A DNA stretch of 64,000 bases from Cyanobacteriota bacterium (GTDB lineage Bacteria; Cyanobacteriota; Cyanobacteriia; Thermostichales; Thermostichaceae), in NCBI GenBank assembly GCA_033764955.1, contig JANRIL010000022.1, positions 8,986 to 72,985 of the forward strand. The letters are read 5' to 3'. Positions 18,729 to 31,033 of this stretch are shown piece by piece. The notes under the pieces were generated by a model that was not told the origin of the DNA, made no database searches, and was given only the letters and a program-made list of their open reading frames with translations. The position numbers and the translations under genes are program-made. How positions within the stretch are numbered: position 1 is the first letter of the stretch; each line of letters begins with the position of its first letter.

Positions 18729-21056
18729 ATGTCTATGTCGGAGAAGAAGTCATGGATAGGCACAGTTCGCCACCTCTGGCAAACCTGGAGGCAGCCCTCT
18801 ATCCAAGCCACCGCTGTCCTAGAACGCCCGCAGCCTAGTTTACCCCAGCGCCTAGTTCATCTGCGGGTGATCGCCCCCGATAGCCCCCCTCAGATTGTTC
18901 TTCTAGAAGGTCAGGATATCTATGTGGGTCGCAGTCGGCGCATCGCCACGATCCTGATTCCCGTCAACTCGGTCAGCCATATTCATGCCCGCATCCAAGA
19001 ACGCCCACCTTTGGGAGGAAAGTGGGTGGGTAGGTGGGCTTATCTGGCTCCTGAGCGCTGGCTGGGCTGGCTGGGCTGGCATCGTCCCCGTTATGTGCTG
19101 GTGGATCAAGACTCTACCAATGGGGTCTACCGCGGCAAACGACAGGTGAAGCGAGCTTACCTGCATCACAACCTCACCCTCACCCTTGGCCCCCCCAACG
19201 ATCCCGACAGTGTCAAGTTACAGGTGATTGATCCGCCTCCCCGCTCCGTCTACATCGGACGAGGGATGGGGGTTGTGTTGGCTGTTCTGATATCCCTCGC
19301 TTTTTATGGGTTGATGCAGGAGTGGAACCAGATCAGCGTGGATCCCTTGCCAGCGGGTACCCGTGGCCCGTTAGTCTTGTTGGCTGGGGATCAAAAAACT
19401 CCCCTGCGCCGCCATCAAGCGGATGACTACCAATCGTTACCCAGCCTTCCGGATTTTGGGGCGATTTTGCCGAAGGTGGTGATTGCCTCCGAAGATCACC
19501 GGTTTTATTGGCATGGTGGTGTCGATATCACCGGTATTCTGCGTGCCCTCTGGGTAAATCTGCGGGCTGGAGAGGTGCAGCAGGGGGGTAGTTCCATCTC
19601 CCAACAACTGGCTCGCACCATTCTGCGGGACTATACCGGAACGGAAAATTCCCTAGAACGTAAATTTCGAGAGGCATTGGCGGCAGTCAAACTGGAAACC
19701 CATTACTCCAAGGATCAGATCCTCACCCTCTACCTCAATAATGTCTATCTGGGTAATGGCATCTATGGATTTGAGAGTGCCGCCCAGTTTTACTTCGGGA
19801 TCCCGGCCAAAAATCTGGATCTTTCCCAAGCCTCTACGCTCGTGGCGGTGTTGCCGGCTCCCAACGCCTTCAATCCGGTAGATAACCTGGATGTGGCTCT
19901 CAAAGGTCGAGATCGTGTTTTGGATCGCCTGCAAGAGCTGAGAATCTTTGCGCCTGAAGATATCCGCCGTGCCAAGCGCAGTCGCCTTACCCTCAACCCT
20001 CGCCTGGATGATCTGGGATCCACAGTGGCTCCCTATTTTTATAGTGCCGTGATCAGCGAACTAACCGATTTGCTGGGCAGTGATCTGACCAACGCCGGAA
20101 ACTTTATTGTCGAGACCAGCCTCAACCTGACGCTGCAAAAACTTGCCGAACAAGCCCTAGTCCAAACCATCGAAGCGGAGGGATCCCGTTCGGGGTTTCG
20201 CCAGGGTGCGCTCGTCACGCTGGATAGTCGTTCGGGGGAGGTGTTGGCGTTGGTGGGAGGAGCTAACTTTCAAGCCAGCCAGTTTAATCGGGTCACCCAA
20301 GCCCAACGTCAGCCGGGATCCACCTTCAAACTATTCACCTATACGGCGGCTCTGCAACAAGGGATCCCGCCCTTCCGCCTCTTTGACTGCACCCCCCTAA
20401 CCTGGGGGAATCAAACTTTTAATGGCTGTCGGCGAACCAATCAACCCATGAGCTTGGCGGAAGGACTGACCCTCTCTGAGAATGTGATTGCCCTACGGAT
20501 TGCCCAAGAAATTGGCCTGAATCGGGTGATCGACATGGCGGAACTGCTGGGGATCCACTCACGGTTGTCCCCCTACCCGTCGATGGTGTTGGGAACGATA
20601 GAAACTAACCTGCTGGAGCTAACCGCCGCCTTCGGTGTGATTGCCAATCAAGGGGTGAGAACTCATCCCCACACCATTCGCCGCATTTTGGATAGCAGTG
20701 ATTGTTATCAAGAAAACACTCTCAAGGTCTGTCGAGAAATCTATCCCCTACAGGAGGATCCCAGCCAGCGATTACCTGTCTTAAGTCCTGAAATCGCCAA
20801 CCAAATGACCCAACTCTTGCAGAATGTAGTCCGGTCAGGCACAGGGCAAAATGCCTATTTAGGGCTGGGAGAGGCAGGCAAAACAGGCACCACCACCGAT
20901 AATAAAGATCTTTTGTTTGTCGGTTTTTTGCCTCGAATGGCCTTAGTAACAGGGGTTTGGCTGGGGAATGATGATGCGACTCCCACCCAAGGCAGTAGTG
21001 GTCAAGCCGCGCAAGTGTGGGGAAGCTACATGCGGCAGGCGGGGCAGATCAGGTGA
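18729..21056 (+). CDS. FHA-domain class A penicillin-binding protein (transglycosylase/transpeptidase)
   Basis: FHA motifs VGRS, SHIHA, STNG; TM; GT51 EDHRF, GGSSISQQLAR, RKFRE, YLNNVYLG; transpeptidase STFK, SEN, KTGT. Confidence 0.94.
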   Translation: MSMSEKKSWIGTVRHLWQTWRQPSIQATAVLERPQPSLPQRLVHLRVIAPDSPPQIVLLEGQDIYVGRSRRIATILIPVNSVSHIHARIQERPPLGGKWVGRWAYLAPERWLGWLGWHRPRYVLVDQDSTNGVYRGKRQVKRAYLHHNLTLTLGPPNDPDSVKLQVIDPPPRSVYIGRGMGVVLAVLISLAFYGLMQEWNQISVDPLPAGTRGPLVLLAGDQKTPLRRHQADDYQSLPSLPDFGAILPKVVIASEDHRFYWHGGVDITGILRALWVNLRAGEVQQGGSSISQQLARTILRDYTGTENSLERKFREALAAVKLETHYSKDQILTLYLNNVYLGNGIYGFESAAQFYFGIPAKNLDLSQASTLVAVLPAPNAFNPVDNLDVALKGRDRVLDRLQELRIFAPEDIRRAKRSRLTLNPRLDDLGSTVAPYFYSAVISELTDLLGSDLTNAGNFIVETSLNLTLQKLAEQALVQTIEAEGSRSGFRQGALVTLDSRSGEVLALVGGANFQASQFNRVTQAQRQPGSTFKLFTYTAALQQGIPPFRLFDCTPLTWGNQTFNGCRRTNQPMSLAEGLTLSENVIALRIAQEIGLNRVIDMAELLGIHSRLSPYPSMVLGTIETNLLELTAAFGVIANQGVRTHPHTIRRILDSSDCYQENTLKVCREIYPLQEDPSQRLPVLSPEIANQMTQLLQNVVRSGTGQNAYLGLGEAGKTGTTTDNKDLLFVGFLPRMALVTGVWLGNDDATPTQGSSGQAAQVWGSYMRQAGQIR

Positions 21057-21079
21057 GATTAAGTTTTTAACCTGGGAGA

Positions 21080-21247
21080 CTAGGTTCTGTTGATCTTTTC
21101 CTTCAATCAGAAAATACCGCCAGTTCTAGACTCGGATCCCCCTAAATCCCCCTTAAAAAGGCGGACTTTGAATCCAGTTCCCCCCTTTCTTAAGGGGGGC
21201 TAGGGGGGATCTCTCCGGTTGCTTTGCTAAAGATCAACACGATCTAG
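21080..21247. mobile_element. MITE-like element with internal GC-rich palindromic repeat
   Basis: Terminal inverted repeats CTAGGTTCTGTTGATCTTT (21080-21098) and AAAGATCAACACGATCTAG (21229-21247); internal palindrome GATCCCCCTAAATCCCCCTTAAAAAGG...CCTTTCTTAAGGGGGGCTAGGGGGGATC (21135-21211). Confidence 0.7.
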
Positions 21248-21350
21248 TTTTTGGCTGCAGCTATCAGTGGCTAAACACAGCGGTTAGCTTAACGGCACAA
21301 AGTCCCGAAGGATGAGCAACAATACTCAATGAGGCTCAAGTATTCATCGC

Positions 21351-24300
21351 TTATTCATCCTCCTCCTCATCAGAATCTTCCTCCACATAAGGAGGCGTTG
21401 AGTCGTCAATCAGCTGATCATCGTCCAAAATCAGGCGAATGGGCAACTCAGGCACAATAGGCTCCTCTTCTTCCTCATAAGGTTCTGGCTCAGGGGGAAG
21501 TTCTTCATAGGTCGTGAAACCGGTACCAGCAGGAATCAAGCGACCGATGATCACATTTTCCTTCAAGCCACGTAACCAATCAGACTTACCCTCAATCGCT
21601 GCTTCTGTTAAGACGCGAGTGGTTTCCTGAAAGCTAGCTGCCGAGATAAAGCTATCCGTGTTCAAACTGGCCTTCGTGATCCCCAGCAGGACGGGGGTAT
21701 ATTGGGCGGGAGCACCCCCCGTAATCGCCATCGTTGCGTTACTCTGCTGAATCTCCCGCAGTTCCACCAGTTCTCCGGGGAGCAAAATCGTATCTCCACT
21801 GTCATCCACCCGCACTTTGGAGGTCATTTGCCTTACCACCACCTCAATGTGCTTGTCGGAAATTTCTACCCCCTGCGAACGATAGACATTTTGTACCTCG
21901 TTGACAAAGAAGCGTTGCACCTCCCGCAAAGCCCGCTGAGCAGCCAGATCTTCTCCCTCAACCAAGCGGTAATAGTCGTAGTAGCTATCTAAAATATCGT
22001 GAGGGTTGGCAGGACCATCCGTGAGGGGTTCCCCCACTTCAACCGGTTGTCCATCCACGACAATCAAATTTTGCCCAGGCAAAACCCCATAACTCAGGAT
22101 AGAACCATCCTGCTCCACCACTTTTAAGTCCGGCTCTTCCCCTCGCCAAGTCAATTGCACCGTGCCAGGACGCTTAGCTAAGATGCACATCTCTTTGGGT
22201 TTGCGGGCTTCCAGCAACTCTTCAATCCGAGGTAGCCCCTGGATAATATCTCCCGTTTTGGTGCGTTCAAACACCAACAGCCCCAAACTATCCCCCCGTT
22301 GCACCAGATCTCCATCCGCCACCTGCAAAATAGCCCCTGGTGACATCAGATAGGGACGAGCCGTCCGCAGGATCAGGTGATCGGTAGCCACTTGCAAAAC
22401 CTGACCGGATTCGGGAGCCGTCACCTCTCCCACCAATACATCCCCTGCCCGTACCAAATCCCCTGGTCGCAGCTCCGGTTGACTGGGGCAATCCAGCCGC
22501 ATTTGGTCGTCTTCCGTAACAACCAGCAAGCGCCGCACGACCTCGGCTGCCTGTCGGATCCCTTGCACAATTCCCGATTTGCGAGCTTGAATTTCTGTGC
22601 GGGCTAGAATCGCGCCGGGAGCAATCGTATCGCCTTCTTCCACCAAAAGACGGGTGTGGGTGCTGCCCTGGGTAAGATCTGCTTCTACGTCTCGCCTCAG
22701 CAGCAGGGTTTCCAGAATGACCAGTTGCAACCGCTTGATCTCAGGGTTGCCTTCATCGCTGATCAACTCAATGTCAGCCCGCAGTTGGGGAGCCTCCGTA
22801 TCAATCTCCAGCACCAATTGGGTCTTCAGGATTTCTACTCCTCCCACAGAGCGAACTCGTTCGCCATCCTTGAAAGGAACCCGTTGTACCGCCCGCAGCC
22901 GAATAGAGCGTCCAGCCTCATTGGTGGATTCCTGACTGGGCACCGAAGGCTCACTGGGAATTTCGTACTCTAACACCGGACGCAACAAGATAGCTGGACC
23001 TTCTGAGGTCTCAATATGTTCCACATAGACCAACTCTTGGGGGACGATGCTGCTCAGTACCGCCTGTCCCGGCTGAATGAGGGTGCCAGTTTTCACCTCC
23101 ATGTCTACGGGATTATCGATCAGGTGCAGACTACCGGGCTTGATCACAATTTCCCGCAGAATGTCATTTTTCTGGATAACTTCCACTACTCCACTATTTT
23201 GGGCAAAGATGTCCTTGACCACCTCAGTTCCGGCTTCCACAAATTGACCATCTTCCACATTCAACAAGGAAATATCTTTGTTGACCTCGTGGGTTTCTTC
23301 CGGGATCCACAGCAGGGTTCCCCCCTGAATCACCTCAAAGCCTTGTTTGGCTTTACCTCGTTTGGCCACTTCAATCCCTGCAAACTTGACCAATCCTCCA
23401 GTTTGGGTACGGAAATCGCTTTCCACCAGTTCCGCGACCACTTCGTCGTTGCCCACCTTGGTGCCGGGGGTGGCCTTCAAAATGAATACCTGCCCACCAC
23501 TAGTTTCGAGCAAAAACTGTTCGCGGCCTTGATGGGATTCTCCCCGAACTCGTGCATCATCCAGCACCACCGAGGCATTGATGATCTCCACCTCCCGTCC
23601 ACTCTTGATGTCTTGCCGTTGGGGTAGTCGAACAATTCCACCATGTTCGGTGAGGAGGGACGTTTGGGCAATCACGGCTCCCGATTCGATGCGATCCCCA
23701 TTTTGCACGGTGGGCTCGGCTCCAGGGGGAAGGTTATATACCTGCCCAGACATGACCCAAATTAAGCCCTGGCGTTGGGCAATAAAGGTGATGTTGCCCT
23801 GACGGTCGGTTTTTTCTTCGATCAATAAATCGGTGAATTTTACCTCTCCCGCTAGATCGGACACCACTTCTTTCTGGGCTTTTTCGGTGGATTTGCGGGT
23901 GGCTTTACCCACGGGCACCTCTGCCAGCAATTGATCCGCCTTGACCTTAGCGCCATCTCTGACCATGAGAGTGGATCCCTGCGTGACCGAGAAGGTTTCC
24001 CGCTGACCATCGGATCCCTCCAGAAGCAGATCGTGGTTGACCTCCACTTGAAAGGCATCGTCGCCGTGCTTGGTGCGGAGGGGGCGAGTTCGCAGACCAC
24101 GGGCAAATTTCACTACACCCGCAAAGGGAGCCTTGATTTGCTTGGCAACTTCGCCAGTAAAGACGCCGCCTGTGTGGAATGTCCGCATCGTCAACTGAGT
24201 GCCGGGTTCACCAATCGATTGCGCGGCAATGATACCGACGGCCTCTCCCATATCTACAAGGTGAGAGTGGGCGAGACTCCAGCCATAACAGAGGCGACAG

Positions 24301-25211
24301 ACGGAGCGATTAGCTTCACAGGTAAGGGGAGAGCGTACCATCACTTGCTTGATGCCCGCTTGATCAAACAGACGAGCCAAGTCGTGGTTAATTTCGGTGT
24401 TGCGAGCCGCCAGCACTACTCCCGTTTCAGGGTGTACCACGTCCCGTGCTGTCACACGCCCCACCAACCGTTCTTCCAGCTTGACGACTGCTTTATCCCC
24501 TTCTATCAGGGTTTCTAGGACAATGCCACGATCGGTACCACAGTCTTGCTCTCGCACGATCACATCCTGGGATACATCCACCAAACGGCGAGTCAGATAG
24601 CCGGAGTCTGCCGTGCGGAGGGCGGTATCCACCAATCCTTTACGGGCACCGTAGGAAGAAATAATGTACTCGGTAACGGTCAGACCCTCACGGAAGTTCG
24701 TTTTGATAGGCAAGTCGATAATTTCTCCCTGTGGATTAGCCATCAACCCACGCATCCCCACCAGTTGGCGCACCTGAGAGACATTTCCCCTGGCTCCCGA
24801 ATTGGCCATCATGTAGACCGAATTGAGCGGATCATTTTGTTTGAAATTGCTGAGCATTTCATCTTTGATCTCGTCATTGGTCTGGTTCCAGGTGTCAATC
24901 ACTTTTTGGTAGCGCTCTACCTCGGTGATCTCACCACGGGTGTAGCGATCCTGTGCCGCCTCGATCTCTAACTCTGCTTTAGCTAAAAGTTCCTGCTTGC
25001 GGGGAGGAACTTGTAAATCTTCCACGCTGATCGAGACTGCCGCCCGCGTGGCATATCGGAAGCCCATCGTTTTTAGCTCATCGGCCATCTGAGCTGTACG
25101 AGCCGTGCCATAGTGGGAAAAAGCCCAGGCAATCAAGCTCCGCAATTCTTTTTTGCCGACTTGATAGTTGCGAAAAGGGATCTGCTGAGGAGAAGACATT
25201 GGCTCTTTCAT
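21351..25211 (-). CDS. rpoC2: RNA polymerase beta'' subunit
   Basis: [38 protein letters not shown], large cyanobacterial insertion, [17 protein letters not shown]; start 25211 chosen on GAGG SD. Confidence 0.98.
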   Translation of the reverse strand: MKEPMSSPQQIPFRNYQVGKKELRSLIAWAFSHYGTARTAQMADELKTMGFRYATRAAVSISVEDLQVPPRKQELLAKAELEIEAAQDRYTRGEITEVERYQKVIDTWNQTNDEIKDEMLSNFKQNDPLNSVYMMANSGARGNVSQVRQLVGMRGLMANPQGEIIDLPIKTNFREGLTVTEYIISSYGARKGLVDTALRTADSGYLTRRLVDVSQDVIVREQDCGTDRGIVLETLIEGDKAVVKLEERLVGRVTARDVVHPETGVVLAARNTEINHDLARLFDQAGIKQVMVRSPLTCEANRSVCRLCYGWSLAHSHLVDMGEAVGIIAAQSIGEPGTQLTMRTFHTGGVFTGEVAKQIKAPFAGVVKFARGLRTRPLRTKHGDDAFQVEVNHDLLLEGSDGQRETFSVTQGSTLMVRDGAKVKADQLLAEVPVGKATRKSTEKAQKEVVSDLAGEVKFTDLLIEEKTDRQGNITFIAQRQGLIWVMSGQVYNLPPGAEPTVQNGDRIESGAVIAQTSLLTEHGGIVRLPQRQDIKSGREVEIINASVVLDDARVRGESHQGREQFLLETSGGQVFILKATPGTKVGNDEVVAELVESDFRTQTGGLVKFAGIEVAKRGKAKQGFEVIQGGTLLWIPEETHEVNKDISLLNVEDGQFVEAGTEVVKDIFAQNSGVVEVIQKNDILREIVIKPGSLHLIDNPVDMEVKTGTLIQPGQAVLSSIVPQELVYVEHIETSEGPAILLRPVLEYEIPSEPSVPSQESTNEAGRSIRLRAVQRVPFKDGERVRSVGGVEILKTQLVLEIDTEAPQLRADIELISDEGNPEIKRLQLVILETLLLRRDVEADLTQGSTHTRLLVEEGDTIAPGAILARTEIQARKSGIVQGIRQAAEVVRRLLVVTEDDQMRLDCPSQPELRPGDLVRAGDVLVGEVTAPESGQVLQVATDHLILRTARPYLMSPGAILQVADGDLVQRGDSLGLLVFERTKTGDIIQGLPRIEELLEARKPKEMCILAKRPGTVQLTWRGEEPDLKVVEQDGSILSYGVLPGQNLIVVDGQPVEVGEPLTDGPANPHDILDSYYDYYRLVEGEDLAAQRALREVQRFFVNEVQNVYRSQGVEISDKHIEVVVRQMTSKVRVDDSGDTILLPGELVELREIQQSNATMAITGGAPAQYTPVLLGITKASLNTDSFISAASFQETTRVLTEAAIEGKSDWLRGLKENVIIGRLIPAGTGFTTYEELPPEPEPYEEEEEPIVPELPIRLILDDDQLIDDSTPPYVEEDSDEEEDE

Positions 25212-25325
25212 GATTGCCTCAAGGTGCAAAGAGAACAGGATTATTCAGCCGAGAAAACAGGGAAGGGATACCACTGAAGGGGGATTCAGACCAGCAACCA
25301 ACCAACAAAAAACCAAGGAATACCC

Positions 25326-27227
25326 TTACATGGCCAGGGCTTCTTGAATGACTTTGTTGAAAATAATCCGACCAGGCGTAGTGTAGATAAATTGGGAAAT
25401 CAGGGATCCGTCGGCTTGTTGGCGAACTTTGCGAACGGGTTGGCCTTTTTCAGTGGTGTATTCAATGATGCGGATCCCACCTGGTTCCTCGCGGGTTTGG
25501 GAAATAACTTCTTTCTCCCCCCGACCCAAATCCAGTTGTCCCTGGTAGCGCACCCAAATACAAGCGTGTAAATCCACTAGCCCACGATCATAGGCCACCA
25601 CCACATCATCCAAGCTGGCAAAGTATTTGCCCTGACCTTTCTGTTTGCCCGGATTATCCGCCGTCAGGTAGTAGCACCCCAGCACCATATCTTGGCTGGG
25701 GGTAACAATAGGTGTACCCGTCGCCGGAGACAGTAGATTGTTAGAGGCCAGCATCAACAGACGCGCTTCTGCCTGCGACTCTAGGGAGAGGGGCACATGT
25801 ACAGCCATTTGATCGCCGTCAAAGTCGGCATTAAATGCCGGACAAACCAGGGGGTGGAGTTGAATGGCTCGCCCTTCTACGAGGATGGGTTCAAAGGCTT
25901 GGATGCCAAGACGGTGCAGGGTTGGAGCGCGGTTCAACAGAACCGGATGCCCGTCGATCACCTCCTCCAAGACATCCCATATGGAGGGATCATTTTGCTG
26001 GATGAGCTTTTTGGCCGCTTTGATATTGTTGACTACTCCCCGCTTAATCAACTTGTGAATGACAAAGGGTTGAAACAACTCAATGGCCATCTCTTTGGGC
26101 AATCCGCATTGGTGCATTTTTAGGCTAGGTCCGACCACAATGACCGAACGACCAGAGTAGTCAACGCGCTTGCCCAAAAGGTTTTGCCGGAATCGTCCTT
26201 GCTTGCCTTCGATAATGTCGGAAAGGGATTTGAGGGGACGGTTGTTGGCTCCCACCACCGTTCTGCCTCGTCGCCCATTGTCAATCAGCGCATCGACAGC
26301 TTCTTGCAACATCCGCTTCTCGTTCCGCACGATGATTTCTGGAGCCAGAATTTCTTGCAGACGACCCAGACGGTTGTTGCGGTTGATCACACGGCGGTAG
26401 AGATCATTTAAGTCAGAAGTGGCAAAGCGTCCCCCATCCAGTTGCACCATGGGGCGTAGATCCGGCGGAATGACCGGGATCACCTGCAAGACCATCCACT
26501 CCGGGCGAGATTTAGTGGCGATAAAGTTATCGATCACCCGTAACCGCTTGATCAGACGCGCCCGCTTCTGCCCTTTCGAGGTGTTGATACCCTCCCGCAG
26601 TTCTTCTGCTTCCTGCTCCAGTTGAATATCTTTGAGCAGTCGCTCGATGGCCTCGGCTCCGATCATCGCCCAGTTTTGAGGCAGTTGCAGATCAGATCCC
26701 TCTTCGTACATCTGATCTTCAATTTCTAGGAACTGATCTTCTGTCAACAGTTGTTTGTAGGAGAGATTCTGGGCGTTGCCGGGATCCACTACTACATAGG
26801 CGTTGAAATAAACTACCTGTTCCACATCGCGCAGCGGCATATCCAGGAGGGTGGCAATGTGGCTGGGGATCCCTTTTAGATACCAGACGTGGGTGACGGG
26901 TGCCGCCAGATCGATATAGCCCATGCGATGCCGCCGTACCCGTGATTCGGTCACCTCTACCCCACAGCGTTCACAGACGATGCCCCGATGACGGACTCGT
27001 TTGTACTTTCCACAGTGGCATTCCCAGTCCTTGGCTGGGCCAAAAATCCGCTCGCAAAACAAGCCATCCATTTCTGGCTTGAGGGTACGGTAGTTGATGG
27101 TCTCCGGCTTGGTCACTTCCCCTACGGTTTGTCCATTGGGAAGGGTACGTTGCCCCCACTGCATGATCCGTTCCGGTGAGGCAATACCGATTTTGACAAA
27201 ATCAAATCGCTGTTCAATCTTAGCCAT
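25326..27227 (-). CDS. rpoC1: RNA polymerase gamma subunit
   Basis: KPETINYRT, zinc-finger cysteines, catalytic NADFDGD. Confidence 0.99.
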   Translation of the reverse strand: MAKIEQRFDFVKIGIASPERIMQWGQRTLPNGQTVGEVTKPETINYRTLKPEMDGLFCERIFGPAKDWECHCGKYKRVRHRGIVCERCGVEVTESRVRRHRMGYIDLAAPVTHVWYLKGIPSHIATLLDMPLRDVEQVVYFNAYVVVDPGNAQNLSYKQLLTEDQFLEIEDQMYEEGSDLQLPQNWAMIGAEAIERLLKDIQLEQEAEELREGINTSKGQKRARLIKRLRVIDNFIATKSRPEWMVLQVIPVIPPDLRPMVQLDGGRFATSDLNDLYRRVINRNNRLGRLQEILAPEIIVRNEKRMLQEAVDALIDNGRRGRTVVGANNRPLKSLSDIIEGKQGRFRQNLLGKRVDYSGRSVIVVGPSLKMHQCGLPKEMAIELFQPFVIHKLIKRGVVNNIKAAKKLIQQNDPSIWDVLEEVIDGHPVLLNRAPTLHRLGIQAFEPILVEGRAIQLHPLVCPAFNADFDGDQMAVHVPLSLESQAEARLLMLASNNLLSPATGTPIVTPSQDMVLGCYYLTADNPGKQKGQGKYFASLDDVVVAYDRGLVDLHACIWVRYQGQLDLGRGEKEVISQTREEPGGIRIIEYTTEKGQPVRKVRQQADGSLISQFIYTTPGRIIFNKVIQEALAM

Positions 27228-27427
27228 AGCTGATCTTGGCTCCTAAACAAAGGCGGGCAGATAACCAAATGGTGCAAAACTTTCAGGACAATTTTTCACA
27301 GTCATTCATGCAGGTTTTTCAGGGATGAGGAGAGAGACAAATCCGTCAGATATTAACCAATTGCCCCAGGCTGAGGGATCCCACTCTGGAGGGGCTGACC
27401 CATCCAGCCCCATCAGTTGCACAGATG

Positions 27428-30400
27428 CTAGTAATCGTCCTCAAATTCCTCGTCATCCTCATCATGGCTGGGGCGGCTCCCATAGCTATAGTTGGCTGCC
27501 GGAGTCGGTTGCAAATCCTCATGGGTGACGGATTCGTAGGTGGGACGAGAGGGAGTATGGCGAGTAGACACATCCGCCATCAGATCCGCTTCCACATCAC
27601 GGGTTTGTCCATCCTCCCCAAATTCCACTTTGTGAACAGACACATCCAACCCTAGAGATTGCAACTCTCGTACTAACACCTTGAAGGATTCCGGGGTTCC
27701 CGGTCGGGGAATGGGTCGCCCTTTGACAATGGCATTGAGTGCTTCATTGCGACCAACCATATCATCCGACTTGACGGTTAACAGTTCCTGTAGGGTGTAG
27801 GCGGCTCCAAAAGCCTCCAGTGCCCATACCTCCATCTCGCCAAATCGCTGGCCTCCCTGCTGGGCTTTGCCTCCCAAGGGCTGTTGGGTGACGAGGGAAT
27901 AGGGACCGGTGGAGCGGGCATGAATTTTGTCATCCACAAGATGCACCAGCTTCAACATGTAGGCTCGCCCAACTGTGACGGGCTGATCGAATAACTCGCC
28001 TGTACGTCCGTCATAAACCGGAATTTTGCCGCGATATTTGCCGGAATCCGTAAAGACCCACCCTTCTCCACGCTGGGAACGGGCTTCCTTCAGCTTGCCT
28101 TCCACTGTCAAGCGGGAGGTCTCTTTGCCATGCATTTCATCAAAGGGCATCAACTTAAAGCGAACCCCCAAATTCTCGGCAGCCCAGCCTAGCAAGCACT
28201 CAAACACCTGTCCGACATTCATACGGGAGGGTACTCCCAGTGGGTTGAGCACAATGTCTACCGGAGTGCCATCGGGTAAGTAGGGCATATCTTCAATCGG
28301 CAAAATGCGCGAGATGATCCCCTTGTTGCCGTGCCGTCCGGCAATCTTATCACCCACTTGAATCTTGCGCTTGAGGGCAACATAGACGCGCACCACCATA
28401 TTGGCTCCGGGGGGCAATTCATCCCCCTGCTCACGGGTAAACACCCGCACATCCACAACGCGACCCCGCTCCCCGTTGGGTACTCGCAATGAGTTATCCC
28501 GCACATCACGAGCTTTCTCGCCAAAAATCGCCCGTAGCAAGCGTTCTTCCGGGGGCTGATCGGACTCTCCTTTGGGGGTGACCTTGCCTACCAAAATATC
28601 ACCGGACTCCACCCAGGCTCCCACTCGCACGATCCCTTGTTCATCTAGGTTGCGGAGGGCATCTTCCCCTACATTGGGGATTTCACGGGTAATCTCTTCG
28701 GGGCCAAGCTTGGTTTGCCGCGCTTCAATTTCGTGCTTTTCAATGTGAACGGAGGTGAAAACATCATCGTAAACCAGCCTTTCACTGATCAGGATGGCGT
28801 CTTCGTAGTTGTAGCCCTCCCATGGCATGTAGGCCAGTAGAACGTTTTGACCCAGCGCTAACTCTCCCCCATTGGTGGCAGGCCCGTCTCCCAAAACCTG
28901 TCCGGCGACTACCCGATCTCCTTTGTGAACAAGCGGGCGTTGATTGAGGCAGGTATCTTGGTTTGACCGCTGATATTTTTGCAGCCGATAAACAATTTGT
29001 TCGGCGGTATTGTCCGGTTGAACAATAATTTCATCAGCAGAAACATAGGTGACAACCCCGTTGGTACGGGACACCACAACCATGCCGGAGTCACGGGCGG
29101 CTTGCGCCTCCAAGCCGGTTCCCACGTAGGGGCGATCGGGCTTGAGTAGAGGCACCGCCTGCCGTTGCATGTTGGCTCCCATCAGGGCACGGTTGGCATC
29201 GTCATGCTCCAAAAAAGGAATCAGAGAGGTTGCCACCGAGATCACCTGCACCGGAGAAACCTGCACATAATTCACCTCTTGCGGGTGAGCCGTACCGAAT
29301 TCTTGTCGATAGCGGACGGGGACTAATTCTCCCAAAATTTTGCCGGATGCATCCACAGGCACATCTCCGGGGGCAACGCGGTACTCGTCCTCTTCATCGG
29401 CGGTCAGGTAGACGGATCCCAAATCCTTGCGAACCACGCCATTCTCCACCCGATAATAGGGACTTTCAATAAATCCGTATTGATTGACACGGGCATGGGT
29501 CGCCAGGGATCCGATCAAGCCTGCGTTGGGGCCTTCTGGGGTCTCGATGGGGCAAATGCGTCCGTAGTGGCTGGGGTGAATGTCGCGGACTGCAAAACCA
29601 GCCCGTTCCCGGCTAAGTCCTCCAGGTCCAAGGGCAGACAAACGCCGCTTATGGGTTAACTCGGCCAGAGGATTGGTTTGATCCATGAACTGAGACAGTT
29701 GGCTGGAACCAAAAAACTCCTTGATGGCGGCCACTAAGGGCTTGGGGTTAACCAAAGAGGCCGGGGTGAGGGTTTCTGACTCCGACACCGTCATCCGCTC
29801 CCGAATAATCCGCTCCAGCCGATTGAGACCCACCCGCACCTGGTTTTGCAACAACTCCCCCACGGAGCGAACCCGTCGATTGCCTAGGTGATCGATGTCA
29901 TCCACATGACCGATATCAAACTCCAGGTTGATCAGGTAATCAATCACCGCCAGGATGTCGTTGTGGGTCAGCACCCGCACGTTCTCAGGCACCGTCAGAT
30001 TGAGCTTACGGTTGAGCTTGTAGCGCCCCACCCGCCCCAGATCATAGCGACGGGGATCAAAGAAGCGAGTTTCAAGGAGCTGTTGTCCACCGGAAACCGT
30101 GGGGGGTTCACCGGGGCGCAACTTGCGATAAAGCTCCATAAGGGCTTCATCTTCGCTGTACTGACCTTCTTTTTCAAGAGTTTTTTGAAAATATTCAGGA
30201 TGACGCAGGCCGTCATAGATTTCCGACTCGCTCAGACCGAGAGCCTTTAACAAAACGGCAGCCGATAACTTGCGGGTTTTATCGATGCGAACCCAAACCA
30301 AGTTGTTTTTATCCGTTTCAAACTTTAACCATGCCCCTCGGTTGGGAATTAGGCTGGCACTGTAGGTTCGCCGACCATTTTTGTCCAGATCCGCTTTGTA

Positions 30401-30829
30401 GTATACCCCTGGACTACGGACAATTTGGTTGACGATCACCCGCTCCGCACCATTGATAATAAACGTCCCCCGATCCGTCATCAGAGGCAGTTCCCCGATG
30501 AAGACGTTCATATCTTTAATTTCGCCCGTTTCTTTGTTGATTAGACGGGTTGGAACGCGAATTTGAGCTTGGTAAGTAGCATCACGGCGTTTGGCTTCGT
30601 CAGGATCGTAACGGGGTTGATGAACCTTGTAGCCTTTGGAGGTATCGCCCAATCGAAAGTCAGGCAAAAAATGTAGCTCGAGTTTTCCGGTATAGTCAAT
30701 GATCGGGGAGAAACTGAGGAGTTCTTCTTCAAATCCTTCGCTCAGGAACCATAAAAAGCTCTCCCGCTGAATCTCAACCAAGTCTGGGAAGGTTTGAGCG
30801 GAAGTCATGTGAGCTATTTGTGTTGTCAT
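27428..30829 (-). CDS. rpoB: RNA polymerase beta subunit
   Basis: [41 protein letters not shown]. Confidence 0.99.
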   Translation of the reverse strand: MTTQIAHMTSAQTFPDLVEIQRESFLWFLSEGFEEELLSFSPIIDYTGKLELHFLPDFRLGDTSKGYKVHQPRYDPDEAKRRDATYQAQIRVPTRLINKETGEIKDMNVFIGELPLMTDRGTFIINGAERVIVNQIVRSPGVYYKADLDKNGRRTYSASLIPNRGAWLKFETDKNNLVWVRIDKTRKLSAAVLLKALGLSESEIYDGLRHPEYFQKTLEKEGQYSEDEALMELYRKLRPGEPPTVSGGQQLLETRFFDPRRYDLGRVGRYKLNRKLNLTVPENVRVLTHNDILAVIDYLINLEFDIGHVDDIDHLGNRRVRSVGELLQNQVRVGLNRLERIIRERMTVSESETLTPASLVNPKPLVAAIKEFFGSSQLSQFMDQTNPLAELTHKRRLSALGPGGLSRERAGFAVRDIHPSHYGRICPIETPEGPNAGLIGSLATHARVNQYGFIESPYYRVENGVVRKDLGSVYLTADEEDEYRVAPGDVPVDASGKILGELVPVRYRQEFGTAHPQEVNYVQVSPVQVISVATSLIPFLEHDDANRALMGANMQRQAVPLLKPDRPYVGTGLEAQAARDSGMVVVSRTNGVVTYVSADEIIVQPDNTAEQIVYRLQKYQRSNQDTCLNQRPLVHKGDRVVAGQVLGDGPATNGGELALGQNVLLAYMPWEGYNYEDAILISERLVYDDVFTSVHIEKHEIEARQTKLGPEEITREIPNVGEDALRNLDEQGIVRVGAWVESGDILVGKVTPKGESDQPPEERLLRAIFGEKARDVRDNSLRVPNGERGRVVDVRVFTREQGDELPPGANMVVRVYVALKRKIQVGDKIAGRHGNKGIISRILPIEDMPYLPDGTPVDIVLNPLGVPSRMNVGQVFECLLGWAAENLGVRFKLMPFDEMHGKETSRLTVEGKLKEARSQRGEGWVFTDSGKYRGKIPVYDGRTGELFDQPVTVGRAYMLKLVHLVDDKIHARSTGPYSLVTQQPLGGKAQQGGQRFGEMEVWALEAFGAAYTLQELLTVKSDDMVGRNEALNAIVKGRPIPRPGTPESFKVLVRELQSLGLDVSVHKVEFGEDGQTRDVEADLMADVSTRHTPSRPTYESVTHEDLQPTPAANYSYGSRPSHDEDDEEFEDDY

Positions 30830-31033
30830 GCGTCTCTCGATGAAGGTCGCACTGGAGTCAGGTCTTCAATTATAGAAAGCGAGACCCCAACCGTCAACCA
30901 AGTGGCCAACTCTGCCCGCCCTGTGAGAGGGAACAGCCAACCAATTGGTTTATGAGGATTGTATTGAGATTCTTTCCATCATGAGGGGATCGGGGGGGAT
31001 TGTCTAGTCCTGTGCTTTGCCAAGCGGACAATC

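Noticed and set aside
27391..27411. GGGGCTG/CAGCCCC hairpin between rpoB and rpoC1 as a terminator
   Set aside because: No U-tract and it lies inside an expected operon; at most a stabilising stem.
21702..30732. Many alternative-frame and antisense ORFs (up to 203 aa) inside rpoC2/rpoC1/rpoB
   Set aside because: Shadows of long conserved genes; no intein or intron interrupts the rpo genes.
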